Positions 9,708-18,805 of a DNA stretch of 64,000 nucleotides are shown one piece after another. This stretch comes from Actinomycetes bacterium. Lineage in GTDB: Bacteria; Actinomycetota; Actinomycetes; JACCUZ01. Positions within the stretch are counted from its first letter, which is position 1. The number at the start of each line of letters is the position of its first letter. The translations under genes and the position numbers were made by a program. The notes beneath the pieces are model-generated. The model worked only from the letters and a program-made list of their open reading frames with translations, had not been told where the DNA came from and did no database searches. The stretch spans positions 759 to 64,758 of the forward strand of contig DATBDW010000228.1 in assembly GCA_036269735.1 (NCBI GenBank). The letters run 5' to 3'.

Positions 9708-10625
9708 ATGAAGGCGATTGTGGTGACGGATCAGGCCGCGGGAACGGCCGGGATGACACTGGTGGATTGGCCCGAGCCGCCGGCAGCCATCAACGACGTC
9801 GCGGTTCAGGTTCATGCGTCGGGATTCGTCCCGACAGAGATCGCGTGGCCCTCGACCTGGACCGATCGCCGCGACCACGACCGAACACCGTCGATCCCCG
9901 GACACGAGGTGGCCGGAGTGGTCACCGCCCTCGGCTACGGCACGACCGGGCTATCGGTGGGCCAGCGGGTGTTCGGCCTCACCGACTGGCACCGCGACGG
10001 CACGCTGGCGGAGTTCGTGGCTGTCGAGGCACGGAATCTCGCGCCGCTCCCGGGCGACGTCGACTTCACCGTGGGCGCTAGCCTGCCGATCTCGGGCCTG
10101 ACCGCGTGGCAGGGACTGTTCGTCCACGGCCGCCTGCAGGCGGGGCAGACCGTCCTCGCGCACGGCGCGGCCGGCGCGGTCGGGACGATGGTGACCCAAC
10201 TCGCACGTGACTTCGGCGCCTACGTCATCGGCACCGGACGCGCCGCCGACCGCGAGAAGGCGATCGACTTCGGCGCGCACGAGTTCGTCGACCTCGACAA
10301 CGACGCCCTGGAAGACGTCGGCGGAGTCGATCTGGTGTTCGACGTCATCGGCGGCGACGTCCAGATTCGGTCCGCAGACTTGGTTCGGGCCGGAGGAACA
10401 CTGGTGACCGTCGTCGGGCCGCCCGAGGCGCGGCCCGCGGACGGCCTCGCGATCGACTTCGTTGTCGAGTCCGATCGCGCCCAACTGAGTGAGATCGTCC
10501 AGCGGGTGCGAGACGGACGACTGCGGACAAACATCGGCAGCGTCTCGGCCCTCAGCGATGCCGTTGCGGCCCTCAACCCGACCGAGCGTCGCACGGGGAA
10601 GACGATCATCCGCGTTCGCCCGTAA
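9708..10625 (+). CDS. NADPH:quinone oxidoreductase / Zn-dependent alcohol dehydrogenase (MDR superfamily)
   Basis: MKAIVV...GHEVAGVV...GQRVFG and the Rossmann motif LAHGAAGAVGTMVTQLA. The start is the ATG at 9708. Confidence 0.8.
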   Translation: MKAIVVTDQAAGTAGMTLVDWPEPPAAINDVAVQVHASGFVPTEIAWPSTWTDRRDHDRTPSIPGHEVAGVVTALGYGTTGLSVGQRVFGLTDWHRDGTLAEFVAVEARNLAPLPGDVDFTVGASLPISGLTAWQGLFVHGRLQAGQTVLAHGAAGAVGTMVTQLARDFGAYVIGTGRAADREKAIDFGAHEFVDLDNDALEDVGGVDLVFDVIGGDVQIRSADLVRAGGTLVTVVGPPEARPADGLAIDFVVESDRAQLSEIVQRVRDGRLRTNIGSVSALSDAVAALNPTERRTGKTIIRVRP

Positions 10626-10694
10626 GGACCTGAACACCTACGCACGACAACGTCGGCGAGCCAGCCACGTTGCCGCCTTCTGTCTTCGACGGCA

Positions 10695-11108
10695 CTACTC
10701 GTGGAGCGACGGTGCGTAGGACAGGCCGACCACAGCACCTTCTGGCGGTATCAAGCGAGCGACGGTCTGGCCCCAGGGTTCCTGTCGCGCGTCGTGCAGG
10801 AGTTGATAGCCCCTCGATCGCAGTTCATCGGCGCCGGCGGTCACCGCTTTGGCGTCCGCCACCTCGAACTCCAGACTTGCCTGTGGCACGGGGACGTCAT
10901 CGGGCCAGGACGTTGTGCCGAAGCACGCGTGTGCGGCCTGCCGGAGAGGCCACACTCCGAAGTGCTTGCAACCGCCGACTTCTTCGCTGGCGAAGTACTC
11001 ACCGTCGAGCTGTTTGAGCGGCAGCCCGAGAGCATCCAAGTACAGCTGTCGGCTCTCGGAGGGTGTCGGCGTGATGACCGCGACGCTGGCGATGAATTCG
11101 ATCTGCAT
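10695..11108 (-). CDS. VOC-family protein (glyoxalase-like)
   Basis: 137 aa, MQIEFIASVAVITPTPSESRQLYLDALGLP... with paired beta-alpha-beta-beta-beta modules. Confidence 0.65.
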   Translation of the reverse strand: MQIEFIASVAVITPTPSESRQLYLDALGLPLKQLDGEYFASEEVGGCKHFGVWPLRQAAHACFGTTSWPDDVPVPQASLEFEVADAKAVTAGADELRSRGYQLLHDARQEPWGQTVARLIPPEGAVVGLSYAPSLHE

Positions 11109-11181
11109 GTGATCGCCTCCCGAAGTTCTGGTCCTTCTCAGAACCTACCCATGATCGAGCTGGCATCGCCGGTCGGTGTGC

Positions 11182-11859
11182 TCACGTCGTCGAGGACAGC
11201 AGGACGCTCGTTCGCCGGTGGCGCGGCCAGCGATGACGCTCAGCCGGAGATGATGACCCGGCGGAGATCACTGCCGCCCTCGAAGCTGCCAACGGTGCTG
11301 GCCCTTGTGGGGCTTCGCCGAGCCGGCGCATGACAGTGATCTTGAAGTCGGCGCCGGTGATGGTGGTTCGGTCCGACTCGTCGGTCGGGGACACCGGCAG
11401 GCCGGGGTCGTGGAGGGGCACGGTCGACACGCCGTCCCCCTTGGCGGTCGCGTTGGGTCCGCGGTCGACCTCGGAACCGTCGGCTCGCATCAGCAGAAGG
11501 TCGGCTTGCCGGCCACCGCAGCGGATCGTGTGGAGCACCGTTGCGACGAAGACCGGGTCCGCGCAGGCGTCGTACACGTAGCGGGTGCCCAGGACAGAGT
11601 GCACCATCGTGCCCAGCAGGCTCTCCCCGCGCCCCTGCAACGGTGCATCGCGATAGGTCACCGGCACGAACAAGGTCGACCCCGATGCGGACCCGAGCAG
11701 AAAACACTCCATCCCGACCTCCTCGGCCGGATCGTCCAGCCGGAAGGAACCGACCGGCGCGCGTTCGGTCTCGCCGTCCCACCACGGCCTGGTGCGGAGC
11801 CAGGGACCGACAAGTTCGTCCTTGCGCGGCGAGATCGTCGCCTCGTGCAGCAACGCCAT
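11182..11859 (-). CDS. maltokinase N-terminal-cap-like domain protein (hypothetical)
   Basis: From ATG 11859, ...LVGPWLRTRPWWDGETERAPVGSFRLDDP...FLLGSASGSTLFVPVTYRD resembles the Mak/Pep2 N-cap motif (WLPxQRWF...). The 3' extent is uncertain. Confidence 0.4.
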   Translation of the reverse strand: MALLHEATISPRKDELVGPWLRTRPWWDGETERAPVGSFRLDDPAEEVGMECFLLGSASGSTLFVPVTYRDAPLQGRGESLLGTMVHSVLGTRYVYDACADPVFVATVLHTIRCGGRQADLLLMRADGSEVDRGPNATAKGDGVSTVPLHDPGLPVSPTDESDRTTITGADFKITVMRRLGEAPQGPAPLAASRAAVISAGSSSPAERHRWPRHRRTSVLLSSTT

Positions 11860-12073
11860 CAACCCACGGTAGCTGCCGACATCGGCCGGCAATCACGGAA
11901 GGCAGTGAACCGACCGATCCGCCGGGAGCCCTCACGGCCGACGCCGACCATTTTCGGCTCTTCGGTGGCGGACCGACGCAACCGGAGTGAGGCAGCCGGA
12001 ATTCCCGCTCGAATGTCACACGGCGGCCGCGACCGGCGTCTTCATGTCGTACGCAGGAACACAGGAGGACGAC

Positions 12074-12658
12074 ATGACTGGAACCACCCGGATCCCCGCG
12101 GCCGAGATCACCGGCCTCAAGGGTGCGCTGATCAAGCGGTTCGCGAAGAAGACCCTCGGCCAGGTGCCGAGCTCGCTCGGGGTCTACTGGCACAACCAGA
12201 AGGTACTGACGAGCATGGCGGGCATCGGCGGCAAACTGAAGAAGTGGGACGCGTGCGACGAGCAGCTCAAGTCGTTCGCGCACATGGCCGTCGCCGCACA
12301 GGTGGGCTGCAGCTGGTGCCTGGACTTCAACTACTTCGAGGCCAACAACCTGCACCTCGACATGGACAAGGCGCGTGAGATCCCGAGGTGGCGCGAGTCG
12401 GCCGTCTTCTCGCCACTCGAGCGCCAGGTGCTCGGGTACGCCGAGGCGATGACGGTCACCCCGCCGTCTGTCACCGACGAGATGGTGGCCGGGCTGCGTG
12501 AGCAGCTCGGCGACGCCGCCCTCGTGGAGTTGTCGGCGGTGATCGCGTTCGCCAACTTCACCACCCGCCCGAACGTGGCGCTGGGCATCGAGTCGGACGG
12601 CTTCGCCGCAGCCTGCGGCCTCAAGCCGCTCGCGCAGCCCGCGACCGTAGGGTCGTGA
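12074..12658 (+). CDS. carboxymuconolactone decarboxylase / AhpD-like family protein
   Basis: SD aggagg 5 nt upstream of ATG 12074. AhpD-core motif ...MAVAAQVGCSWCLDFN... The stop overlaps the start of the next gene. Confidence 0.75.
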   Translation: MTGTTRIPAAEITGLKGALIKRFAKKTLGQVPSSLGVYWHNQKVLTSMAGIGGKLKKWDACDEQLKSFAHMAVAAQVGCSWCLDFNYFEANNLHLDMDKAREIPRWRESAVFSPLERQVLGYAEAMTVTPPSVTDEMVAGLREQLGDAALVELSAVIAFANFTTRPNVALGIESDGFAAACGLKPLAQPATVGS

Positions 12659-13542
12659 CGGTGTCAGTCGACCCGTTCGTGGCCCACCGCGGCCTGCTCT
12701 TCACCGTCGCCTACGAGATGCTCGGCTCCGCCGCCGACGCCGATGATGTGGTGCAGGAGACGTGGCTGCGGTGGGACGCGATCGGCGAGGTCGCGCGCGC
12801 CGAGGTGAGCGACCCGCGCGCCTTCCTGGTGCGGATGGTGACCCGCAAGGCGCTCGACCGGCTGCGGTCGAACGCGCGTCGCCGCGAGGAATACGTCGGC
12901 GAGTGGCTGCCCGAGCCCCTGCTCACCGCGCCGGACGTCGCCGACGACGTCGAGCTGGCCGAGAGCGTGTCGATCGCGATGCTCACCGTGCTGGAGACGC
13001 TCACCCCCGCCGAACGGGCGGTGTTCGTGCTCCGGGAGGTCTTCGTCACCCCGTACGACGAGATCGCCGAAGCGGTCGGGAAGTCGCCGGCCGCCGTGCG
13101 TCAGGTGGCGCACCGGGCGCGGGAGCACGTCGCCGCACGCCGACCGCGGATGGAGGTGAGCCGCACCGAGCAGCAGGCGGTCGTCGAGCGGTTTGTCGCG
13201 GCCGTGACCCAGGGCGAGCTGCAGGGGCTGCTGGACGTGCTGGCACCCGACGTGGTGCTCGTGGCGGACGGTGGGGGCGTGGTGCAGGCGGTTGTCAACC
13301 CGGTGATCGGCGCCAAGAAGGTCGCCAACCTGCTTCGGCCCTTCAACCGGCTCGCCCCGGACGCCGAGATCCTGCCCGTGCTGCTCAACGGCGCGCTTGG
13401 GCTCCGGATCGCCGGCACCGTCGACGGCGCCGACACCGCGATCAGCTTCGTCGTCGAGGACGGCCGGATCTCCCGGATCTACGCGATCCGCAATCCGGCC
13501 AAGCTAGGTCGGATCGACGCTGAAGCGACGCTCAGCCGCTAG
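12655..13542 (+). CDS. ECF sigma factor, ECF41 group (C-terminal SnoaL-like extension)
   Basis: GTG start overlapping the upstream stop (GTGA). Sigma-2 region DVVQETWLRW, the ECF41 signature YVGEWLPEP, sigma-4 region LTPAERAVFVLREVF...EIAEAVGKSPAAVRQVAHRAR, and a roughly 110-aa NTF2-like tail. Confidence 0.85.
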   Translation: MTVSVDPFVAHRGLLFTVAYEMLGSAADADDVVQETWLRWDAIGEVARAEVSDPRAFLVRMVTRKALDRLRSNARRREEYVGEWLPEPLLTAPDVADDVELAESVSIAMLTVLETLTPAERAVFVLREVFVTPYDEIAEAVGKSPAAVRQVAHRAREHVAARRPRMEVSRTEQQAVVERFVAAVTQGELQGLLDVLAPDVVLVADGGGVVQAVVNPVIGAKKVANLLRPFNRLAPDAEILPVLLNGALGLRIAGTVDGADTAISFVVEDGRISRIYAIRNPAKLGRIDAEATLSR

Positions 13543-13561
13543 CGGTCCCGTGTGCGGGAGG

Positions 13562-14284
13562 CTATGGAGCCTCCTGGTCCGACAGCCTGTCGAGGTCGCG
13601 CACGCAGAACCCGTGGTGGGCCCACTCCTCGTTGAGGACGGTACCCAGGCATTCCCGCACCCGCCGCCCCCTGGCGTACGGCGGCCATCCGTCGCCGGAG
13701 GGCACCGGCGCGGTGTGCGCGAGCTGCTCGGGCGTGACCTCGTCCAGCCACGCCGCGAGCTCCGACGCATGACGGTCGCGTACGAGCAGCACCTCGTCCA
13801 GGCCCGGCCGGCTGGACCGGTCGAGCCCCTGCTCCTCCTGGTCGGGCACGAACGGCGATGCCAGACCCATGGGGGTGAAGGGCTCGGTCAGCCCAAGCAC
13901 GCAACGTCGGAACCACGAGTCGTGCACGAAGACGAGGTGACGCAGGGTCTCCACCATCGACCACTCGCCGTCGACGCCGCGATGCTCACTGCCCTCGGGC
14001 ATGGACCGGACCCGCTCGGTGGTCGTGGCCCAGTCGGCCCGCAACTGCCGCCAGGCCTCCCGCAGGTCGGACGGCTCGTCGGACCGGATCAGCAGCCGCA
14101 CCGGGTGCCGGCGGTCGAGCTCGGCCTCGACATACGGCATGACCTGGACCCCGTTGACCACGAGGTTGGTGACCAAGCCGTCAATCTCTGCGTCCTGCAG
14201 GACCACGCCGACCAGCCGCGCCCTACTCAGATCGCACTCGCGGAACTCCGCGCCGGTGAGATCCTCGTCGTCGAAGCGTCGCAT
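13562..14284 (-). CDS. DinB-family protein with N-terminal pentapeptide-like segment
   Basis: 240 aa. ...ETLRHLVFVHDSWF...EEWAHHGF... shows the four-helix DinB/DUF664 His pattern. Confidence 0.65.
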   Translation of the reverse strand: MRRFDDEDLTGAEFRECDLSRARLVGVVLQDAEIDGLVTNLVVNGVQVMPYVEAELDRRHPVRLLIRSDEPSDLREAWRQLRADWATTTERVRSMPEGSEHRGVDGEWSMVETLRHLVFVHDSWFRRCVLGLTEPFTPMGLASPFVPDQEEQGLDRSSRPGLDEVLLVRDRHASELAAWLDEVTPEQLAHTAPVPSGDGWPPYARGRRVRECLGTVLNEEWAHHGFCVRDLDRLSDQEAP

Positions 14285-14542
14285 GCATCACAGGCTAGTG
14301 AGGCCTGGTGACAGGCGGAGGCGTGCATGACGCGGAGTCTGCTCGCACGAGGAGGCGACAAGACCGCTGCCCTGGCCCCCGTGTGTCACGCGCATGTCGA
14401 TGATCGGTTGTGGGGGCGGTTCTGGGCGTTCATTGTCCGGGCTGGGCTCTACGGTCGAAGGCGCACGCTTGGGTGCCTTGATTGCCGGCCTCGGGTCAGG
14501 AGCCAACGAGATGGCTGAAGAAGTGCCGTTCCACCCCGTTCG

Positions 14543-15376
14543 TTGCGGGCGCTGGGCATGAGCGAGCGCGGGTGGCAGGAGTTCCTGGCCGCGGAGGACG
14601 CCGAGGACTGGGTGGTGCTGCACGGCGGCGCGACCGCTGTGTTCCGCGTCTCGTCGCTCGGTGAAGCGGCGCGGCTTGCCGAGGCGGTCGCGTGTGTCCC
14701 CGGCCTCCAGGGCTCGGGGGTCTTGCTGACGGTCGCCGACGACCGTCTCGCCGTGCGGCTCAGCCGCGGTGTGTTTCGGCTCGAGGAGCGGCACATCGAC
14801 CTGGCCCGCGCGGTGTCGGCGACTGCGCTGGCGCACGGCGCCGTCGCCGACCGCTCGGGTGTCCAGGGGGTCCAGGTGGCGATCGCGGCCAGGCCCGACG
14901 CCATCGACGTCGGCTTCTGGCGCGCTGTTCTCGGGTACGTCCCGCTGGCCGAGGACAACGCCATCGACCCGCTCGGACACGGCTCGACGGTCTGGATGCA
15001 GGAGCTCGACCCGGGCAAGTCGCCGCGGCACGCGATGCACGTCGACGTGTCCGTGCCTCGCGAACAGGCCGAGGAACGCCTCGCGGCAGCACTCGCCGCC
15101 GGCGGCCGGATCGTCGACGATTCCCAGGCACCTGAGACCTGGATCCTCGCCGACCGCGCCGGCAACCGCGTCTGCATCGCCGCCTGGCCCGACGGCGCCC
15201 CTCCGCCAGCCCCCACGGCCTGGGCGGGACGATGGCAACATGATCGGACGCTTGGAGAAGACAGTGCTCGACTGCCCCGACCCCCGGGCACTCGCCGCGT
15301 TCTACGCCGATGTGTTGGGCATGCGGATCAACGAAGAGGCCGACAACTGGGTTGTCATCGGTGTGGCTCCGGGTGA
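14543..15376 (+). CDS. pterin-4a-carbinolamine-dehydratase-like / VOC fusion protein
   Basis: The N-terminal roughly 90 aa are PCD-like (WVVLHGGATAVFRVSSLGEAARLAEAV). Then a glyoxalase-like half (VQVAIAARPDAIDVGFWRAVLGY ... HVDVSVPREQAEERLAAALAAGGRIVDD...NRVCI). The frame stays open to 15376, overlapping the next gene by 137 nt, so the true 3' end is uncertain. Confidence 0.5.
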   Translation: MRALGMSERGWQEFLAAEDAEDWVVLHGGATAVFRVSSLGEAARLAEAVACVPGLQGSGVLLTVADDRLAVRLSRGVFRLEERHIDLARAVSATALAHGAVADRSGVQGVQVAIAARPDAIDVGFWRAVLGYVPLAEDNAIDPLGHGSTVWMQELDPGKSPRHAMHVDVSVPREQAEERLAAALAAGGRIVDDSQAPETWILADRAGNRVCIAAWPDGAPPPAPTAWAGRWQHDRTLGEDSARLPRPPGTRRVLRRCVGHADQRRGRQLGCHRCGSG

Positions 15377-15620
15377 CCGCCACCTGGCCTTTCAGCGTGC
15401 TTCGGTCTGGGTTCCGCCGCGTTGGCCAGACCCGGAGCATCCACAGCAGCTGCACTTGGACATTCGCGTCGACGACGTCGATGAGGCGGAGCGGGTCGTG
15501 GTGAAGGCCGGTGCCCAACGCGTCCCTGCGCAACGAGAGTCAGGGTTTCGAGTCTTCGTGGACCCAGTAGGCCACCCGTTCTGCCTTGTCTTCGGAGCGG
15601 CGAGTCACTCCAGCTCGTAG
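15240..15620 (+). CDS. VOC-family protein (glyoxalase-like)
   Basis: MIGRLEKTVLDCPDPRALAAFYADVLGMRINEEADNWVVIGVAPGDRHLAFQ... is a canonical VOC N-terminus. 126 aa. Confidence 0.65.
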   Translation: MIGRLEKTVLDCPDPRALAAFYADVLGMRINEEADNWVVIGVAPGDRHLAFQRASVWVPPRWPDPEHPQQLHLDIRVDDVDEAERVVVKAGAQRVPAQRESGFRVFVDPVGHPFCLVFGAASHSSS

Positions 15621-15647
15621 TCAGGGTCCGGAGCGCCCGGCCAGCCA

Positions 15648-16391
15648 TCAGCGCGCGGTCCAGCCGCCGTCCATCGTGAGGGATGCGCCGTTGACGTAGG
15701 CCGCGGCGTCGCTGACAACCCACGACACGAGCCCGGCGACCTCGTCGGGCTCGACCAGGCGCTTGATGGCCGTCTCGGTGAGCATGACCTCCTCGATCAC
15801 CCGGTCCTCCGGGATGCCGTGCACCTCTGCCTGGTCGGCGACCTGCTGCTCGACCAGCGGCGTGCGCACGTAGGCCGGGTTGACGCAGTTGCTTGTGACG
15901 CCCTGACCGCCGCCCTCCAGGGCCACGACCTTCGACAGGCCCTCGAGCGCGTGCTTCGCCGTGACGTACGCCGACTTGTACGGCGACGCGACCAGCCCGT
16001 GCACCGACGAGATGTTGACCACCCGGCCGAACCCGCGCGCGTACATGCCGGGCAGCGCGGCCCGGATGAGCAGGAACGGCGCCTCCACCATCAGCCGCAG
16101 GATCGTGGCGAACCGGTCGGGCGGGAACTCGTGGACCGGCGCGACGTGCTGGATGCCGGCGTTGTTGACCAGCACGTCGACGTCGACCGCGACGTCGGCC
16201 AGTCCCCCGGTGTCACCGAGGTCGACCGACCAGGGCTCTCCCCCGACGTCGCTCGCGACCTTCTCGGCCGAGTCGGCGTCGAGGTCGGCGACCACGACGT
16301 GCATCCCGTCCGCGGCCAGCCGCCGGGCGACGGCGGCGCCGATCCCGCTGGCGCCGCCGGTCACCAGTGCCCGGCGTCCCCGATCGGTCAA
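15648..16391 (-). CDS. SDR-family oxidoreductase (3-hydroxybutyrate-dehydrogenase-like)
   Basis: Only the C-terminal 247 codons of ORF 15648..17333 are real. They carry ALVTGGASGIGAAVA, NNAG, the YxxxK motif (SPYKSAYVTAKHA) and PAYVRTP. The only available start is TTG at 16391, which overlaps the MFS stop (TTGA). Confidence 0.75.
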   Translation of the reverse strand: MTDRGRRALVTGGASGIGAAVARRLAADGMHVVVADLDADSAEKVASDVGGEPWSVDLGDTGGLADVAVDVDVLVNNAGIQHVAPVHEFPPDRFATILRLMVEAPFLLIRAALPGMYARGFGRVVNISSVHGLVASPYKSAYVTAKHALEGLSKVVALEGGGQGVTSNCVNPAYVRTPLVEQQVADQAEVHGIPEDRVIEEVMLTETAIKRLVEPDEVAGLVSWVVSDAAAYVNGASLTMDGGWTAR

Positions 16392-17791
16392 CGCGCCGGC
16401 GTCTCGACGACCCTGCGGGCCGCGACGTCGTTCAGGTCGATGACCTTCTCTTCCTCCGGCATGACCCGCTTGCTCGGGAGCAGCAGCAAGGCGACGAACG
16501 ACACGACGCAGCAGCCGACGATGTACCAGCTGATCCAGGTGCTCGACCCGGTGTCGTCGAGGATCTTCGCCGCGATCAAGGGAGCCGGGCCACCGGCGAT
16601 CACCGAGGCGAGCTGGTAGCCGAGGCCGGCACCGGAGTACCGGACGCTGGTCCCGAACCGCTCGGCGATCAGCGCCGCCTGCGGGCCGTACTGCATGTCG
16701 TGGAACACCAGCGACAGCACGATCGCGAGCATCACCAGCTCGGCGGTCCCGGTGTCGAGCAGCCCGTAGTACGGGAACGCGAACAACGCGGTACAGACGA
16801 TGCCGATGCCGTACATCAGCCGGCGGCCGATGAGGTCGGACAGGAAGCCGAACAGCGGCACCGACACCAGCCCGATGGCGGCAGCGACGACGGTGTAGTT
16901 GAGCAAGTCGCCCTTGTCGAGCTTGACCTGGTCGACGCCGTAGGTCAGCACGAACGTGATGAACAGGTAGAACGGCGCCTGCTCCGACATCCGGACGAGC
17001 GCCGACGTGAGGATCTCCCGCGGCTGGGTCCGGATGACCTCGAGCACCGGCAGCTTCACCACGGCCTCGCGAGTGCGCACCGCCGCGAACTCCGGGCTCT
17101 CCAGCACGCGCAGCCGCACATACAGGCCGATCGCGACGAGGACCGCGCTCAGCAGGAACGGGATCCGCCACGCCCACGAGGTGAAGCTGTCGCCCGACCA
17201 CGCCTCGACGAGCTTGACGGCGCCGGTCGAGAGCAGGAGGCCCATCGGCACACCCATCTGCGGGAAGCTCGCCATCAGGCCGCGGCGGCGCCGCGATCCC
17301 CACTCCATCGCGAGCAGCACCGAGCCGCCCCACTCGCCGCCGACACCGACGCCCTGCGCGACCCGCAGCAGGACGAGCAGCACGGGTGCCGCGACGCCGA
17401 TGGTCGCGTACGTCGGCAGGCAGCCGATCAGGAACGTGCCGATGCCCATCACCAGCAGGGTCGCGACCAGCGTGCCCTTGCGGCCGATCCGGTCACCGAG
17501 GTGGCCGAAGATCGCTGCACCGATCGGGCGGGCCGCGAAGCCCACGAACTGGGTGCCGTAGGAGAGCAGGATCCCCGCGACGTGGGACTGCCCGGGGAAG
17601 AACAGGTCGGGGAACACCAGCGCCGCGGCCGTGCCGTAGAGGAAGAAGTCGTACCACTCGATGCTCGTGCCGACCGTGCTGGCGAACACCGCCTTGCGGC
17701 GCTGAGCTCTCGTGAGCGCCTGCTCGTCGATCGCCGCGGGCGACGGTGTCGCAGACGTCCCGGATCCCGGGGTTGGCGTGGTGGCTGACAT
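16388..17791 (-). CDS. MFS transporter, metabolite:H+ symporter (MHS/ProP-like) family
   Basis: 467 aa, 12 TM. Motifs ...SIEWYDFFLYG... and GHLGDRIGRKGTL are typical of MHS-family MFS proteins. Confidence 0.8.
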   Translation of the reverse strand: MSATTPTPGSGTSATPSPAAIDEQALTRAQRRKAVFASTVGTSIEWYDFFLYGTAAALVFPDLFFPGQSHVAGILLSYGTQFVGFAARPIGAAIFGHLGDRIGRKGTLVATLLVMGIGTFLIGCLPTYATIGVAAPVLLVLLRVAQGVGVGGEWGGSVLLAMEWGSRRRRGLMASFPQMGVPMGLLLSTGAVKLVEAWSGDSFTSWAWRIPFLLSAVLVAIGLYVRLRVLESPEFAAVRTREAVVKLPVLEVIRTQPREILTSALVRMSEQAPFYLFITFVLTYGVDQVKLDKGDLLNYTVVAAAIGLVSVPLFGFLSDLIGRRLMYGIGIVCTALFAFPYYGLLDTGTAELVMLAIVLSLVFHDMQYGPQAALIAERFGTSVRYSGAGLGYQLASVIAGGPAPLIAAKILDDTGSSTWISWYIVGCCVVSFVALLLLPSKRVMPEEEKVIDLNDVAARRVVETPAR

Positions 17792-17971
17792 GCGGTCTGC
17801 TCCTCACCCGTGGTGACCGCGGCGGCCGGCCGGCCGCCCGGCGGAGACTCACGAGCGGCAGGCCCCGTAGCCCCATTGACCACCCCTCTGCTTGCCCGGC
17901 TGATTACGGCCGAAACGTCCCGTTTTCAGGCGGCGTTCGTGCGGTACGCCGGTCCCCCTAGGCTCGCCGCC

Positions 17972-18805
17972 ATGGCGGGCTTCGACCGGGCGACGGCCCT
18001 GCGCGAGGGTGGGGCCGGGCGCTACCGGGCCGAGCTGGACCCGCAGTGGTCGATCGCCGGCAAGCTCAACGGCGGCTACCTGCTCTCGCTGTGCGGCCGG
18101 GCCGCGGTGGCCGACCTGAACAGCGGCGAGGGAGCGGGCCCGCCGGACGCCGAGGCCGGTGCCTTCCCGCACCCGATCGCGGCCAGCGCGCACTACCTCG
18201 CGTCGCCGGAGGCCGGCGAGGCCGGCCTCGACGTGACCGTGCTGCGGCGCGGTCGGCGTACCGCGGTGGCTCGAGTCGCGCTCGGCACGTCGGCCGGCAT
18301 CTGCGTCGACGCCCTGGTCACCTGCGGCGGGCTGGAGGCCGGCGAGCCGTTCCACCAGGGTGCGCCGCCGCCCGCGCTGCCGCCGATGGCCGACTGCCCG
18401 CGGCTGCCCGTCCAAGGCCCGGGGTTCGAGGTGCCGTTGATGGCCGTCGTCGCCGAGCACCTCGACCCGGCAACGATGGGCTGGGCGGTCGGACGACCCA
18501 GCCGGGCCGGCGAGCTGCGAGGTTGGCTGGTGCTCGACGACGGCCGTGAGCCCGACCCGCTGTTCCTGCTGACGGCGGTGGACGCCTTCCCGCCGGCCAG
18601 CTTCGACCTCGGTCTCTCCGGCTGGGTCCCGACCATCGCGCTGACCGCCTACGTCCGCGCGCTCCCGGCGCCCGGCCCTCTGAAGGTGCGACAGCAGGCT
18701 CGCCACGTCGCGGGCGGCCGGGTCGACGAGGACTGTGACGTCTGGGACTCCGCCGGGCACCTCGTCGCCAGCGGCTACCAGCTCGCCGGTGTGCGCCACC
18801 CGTGA
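17972..18805 (+). CDS. acyl-CoA thioesterase II-like (double hot-dog) thioesterase
   Basis: The internal ATG (MAGFDRATALREGG...) is followed by ...GKLNGGYLLSLCGRAA... and a second hot-dog half with ...GWLVLDDGREPDPLFLLTAVDAFPP.... Confidence 0.65.
   Translation: MAGFDRATALREGGAGRYRAELDPQWSIAGKLNGGYLLSLCGRAAVADLNSGEGAGPPDAEAGAFPHPIAASAHYLASPEAGEAGLDVTVLRRGRRTAVARVALGTSAGICVDALVTCGGLEAGEPFHQGAPPPALPPMADCPRLPVQGPGFEVPLMAVVAEHLDPATMGWAVGRPSRAGELRGWLVLDDGREPDPLFLLTAVDAFPPASFDLGLSGWVPTIALTAYVRALPAPGPLKVRQQARHVAGGRVDEDCDVWDSAGHLVASGYQLAGVRHP

Noticed and set aside
11305-12378. 357-aa plus ORF
   Set aside because: His/Arg/Gly-rich noise antisense to the Mak-cap-like gene, overlapping the well-supported AhpD-like gene in another frame.
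15648-17333. 561-aa minus-strand ORF
   Set aside because: The N-terminal about 310 residues overlap the MFS transporter gene in another frame and have no protein-like motifs. Only the C-terminal SDR (15648-16391) was kept.
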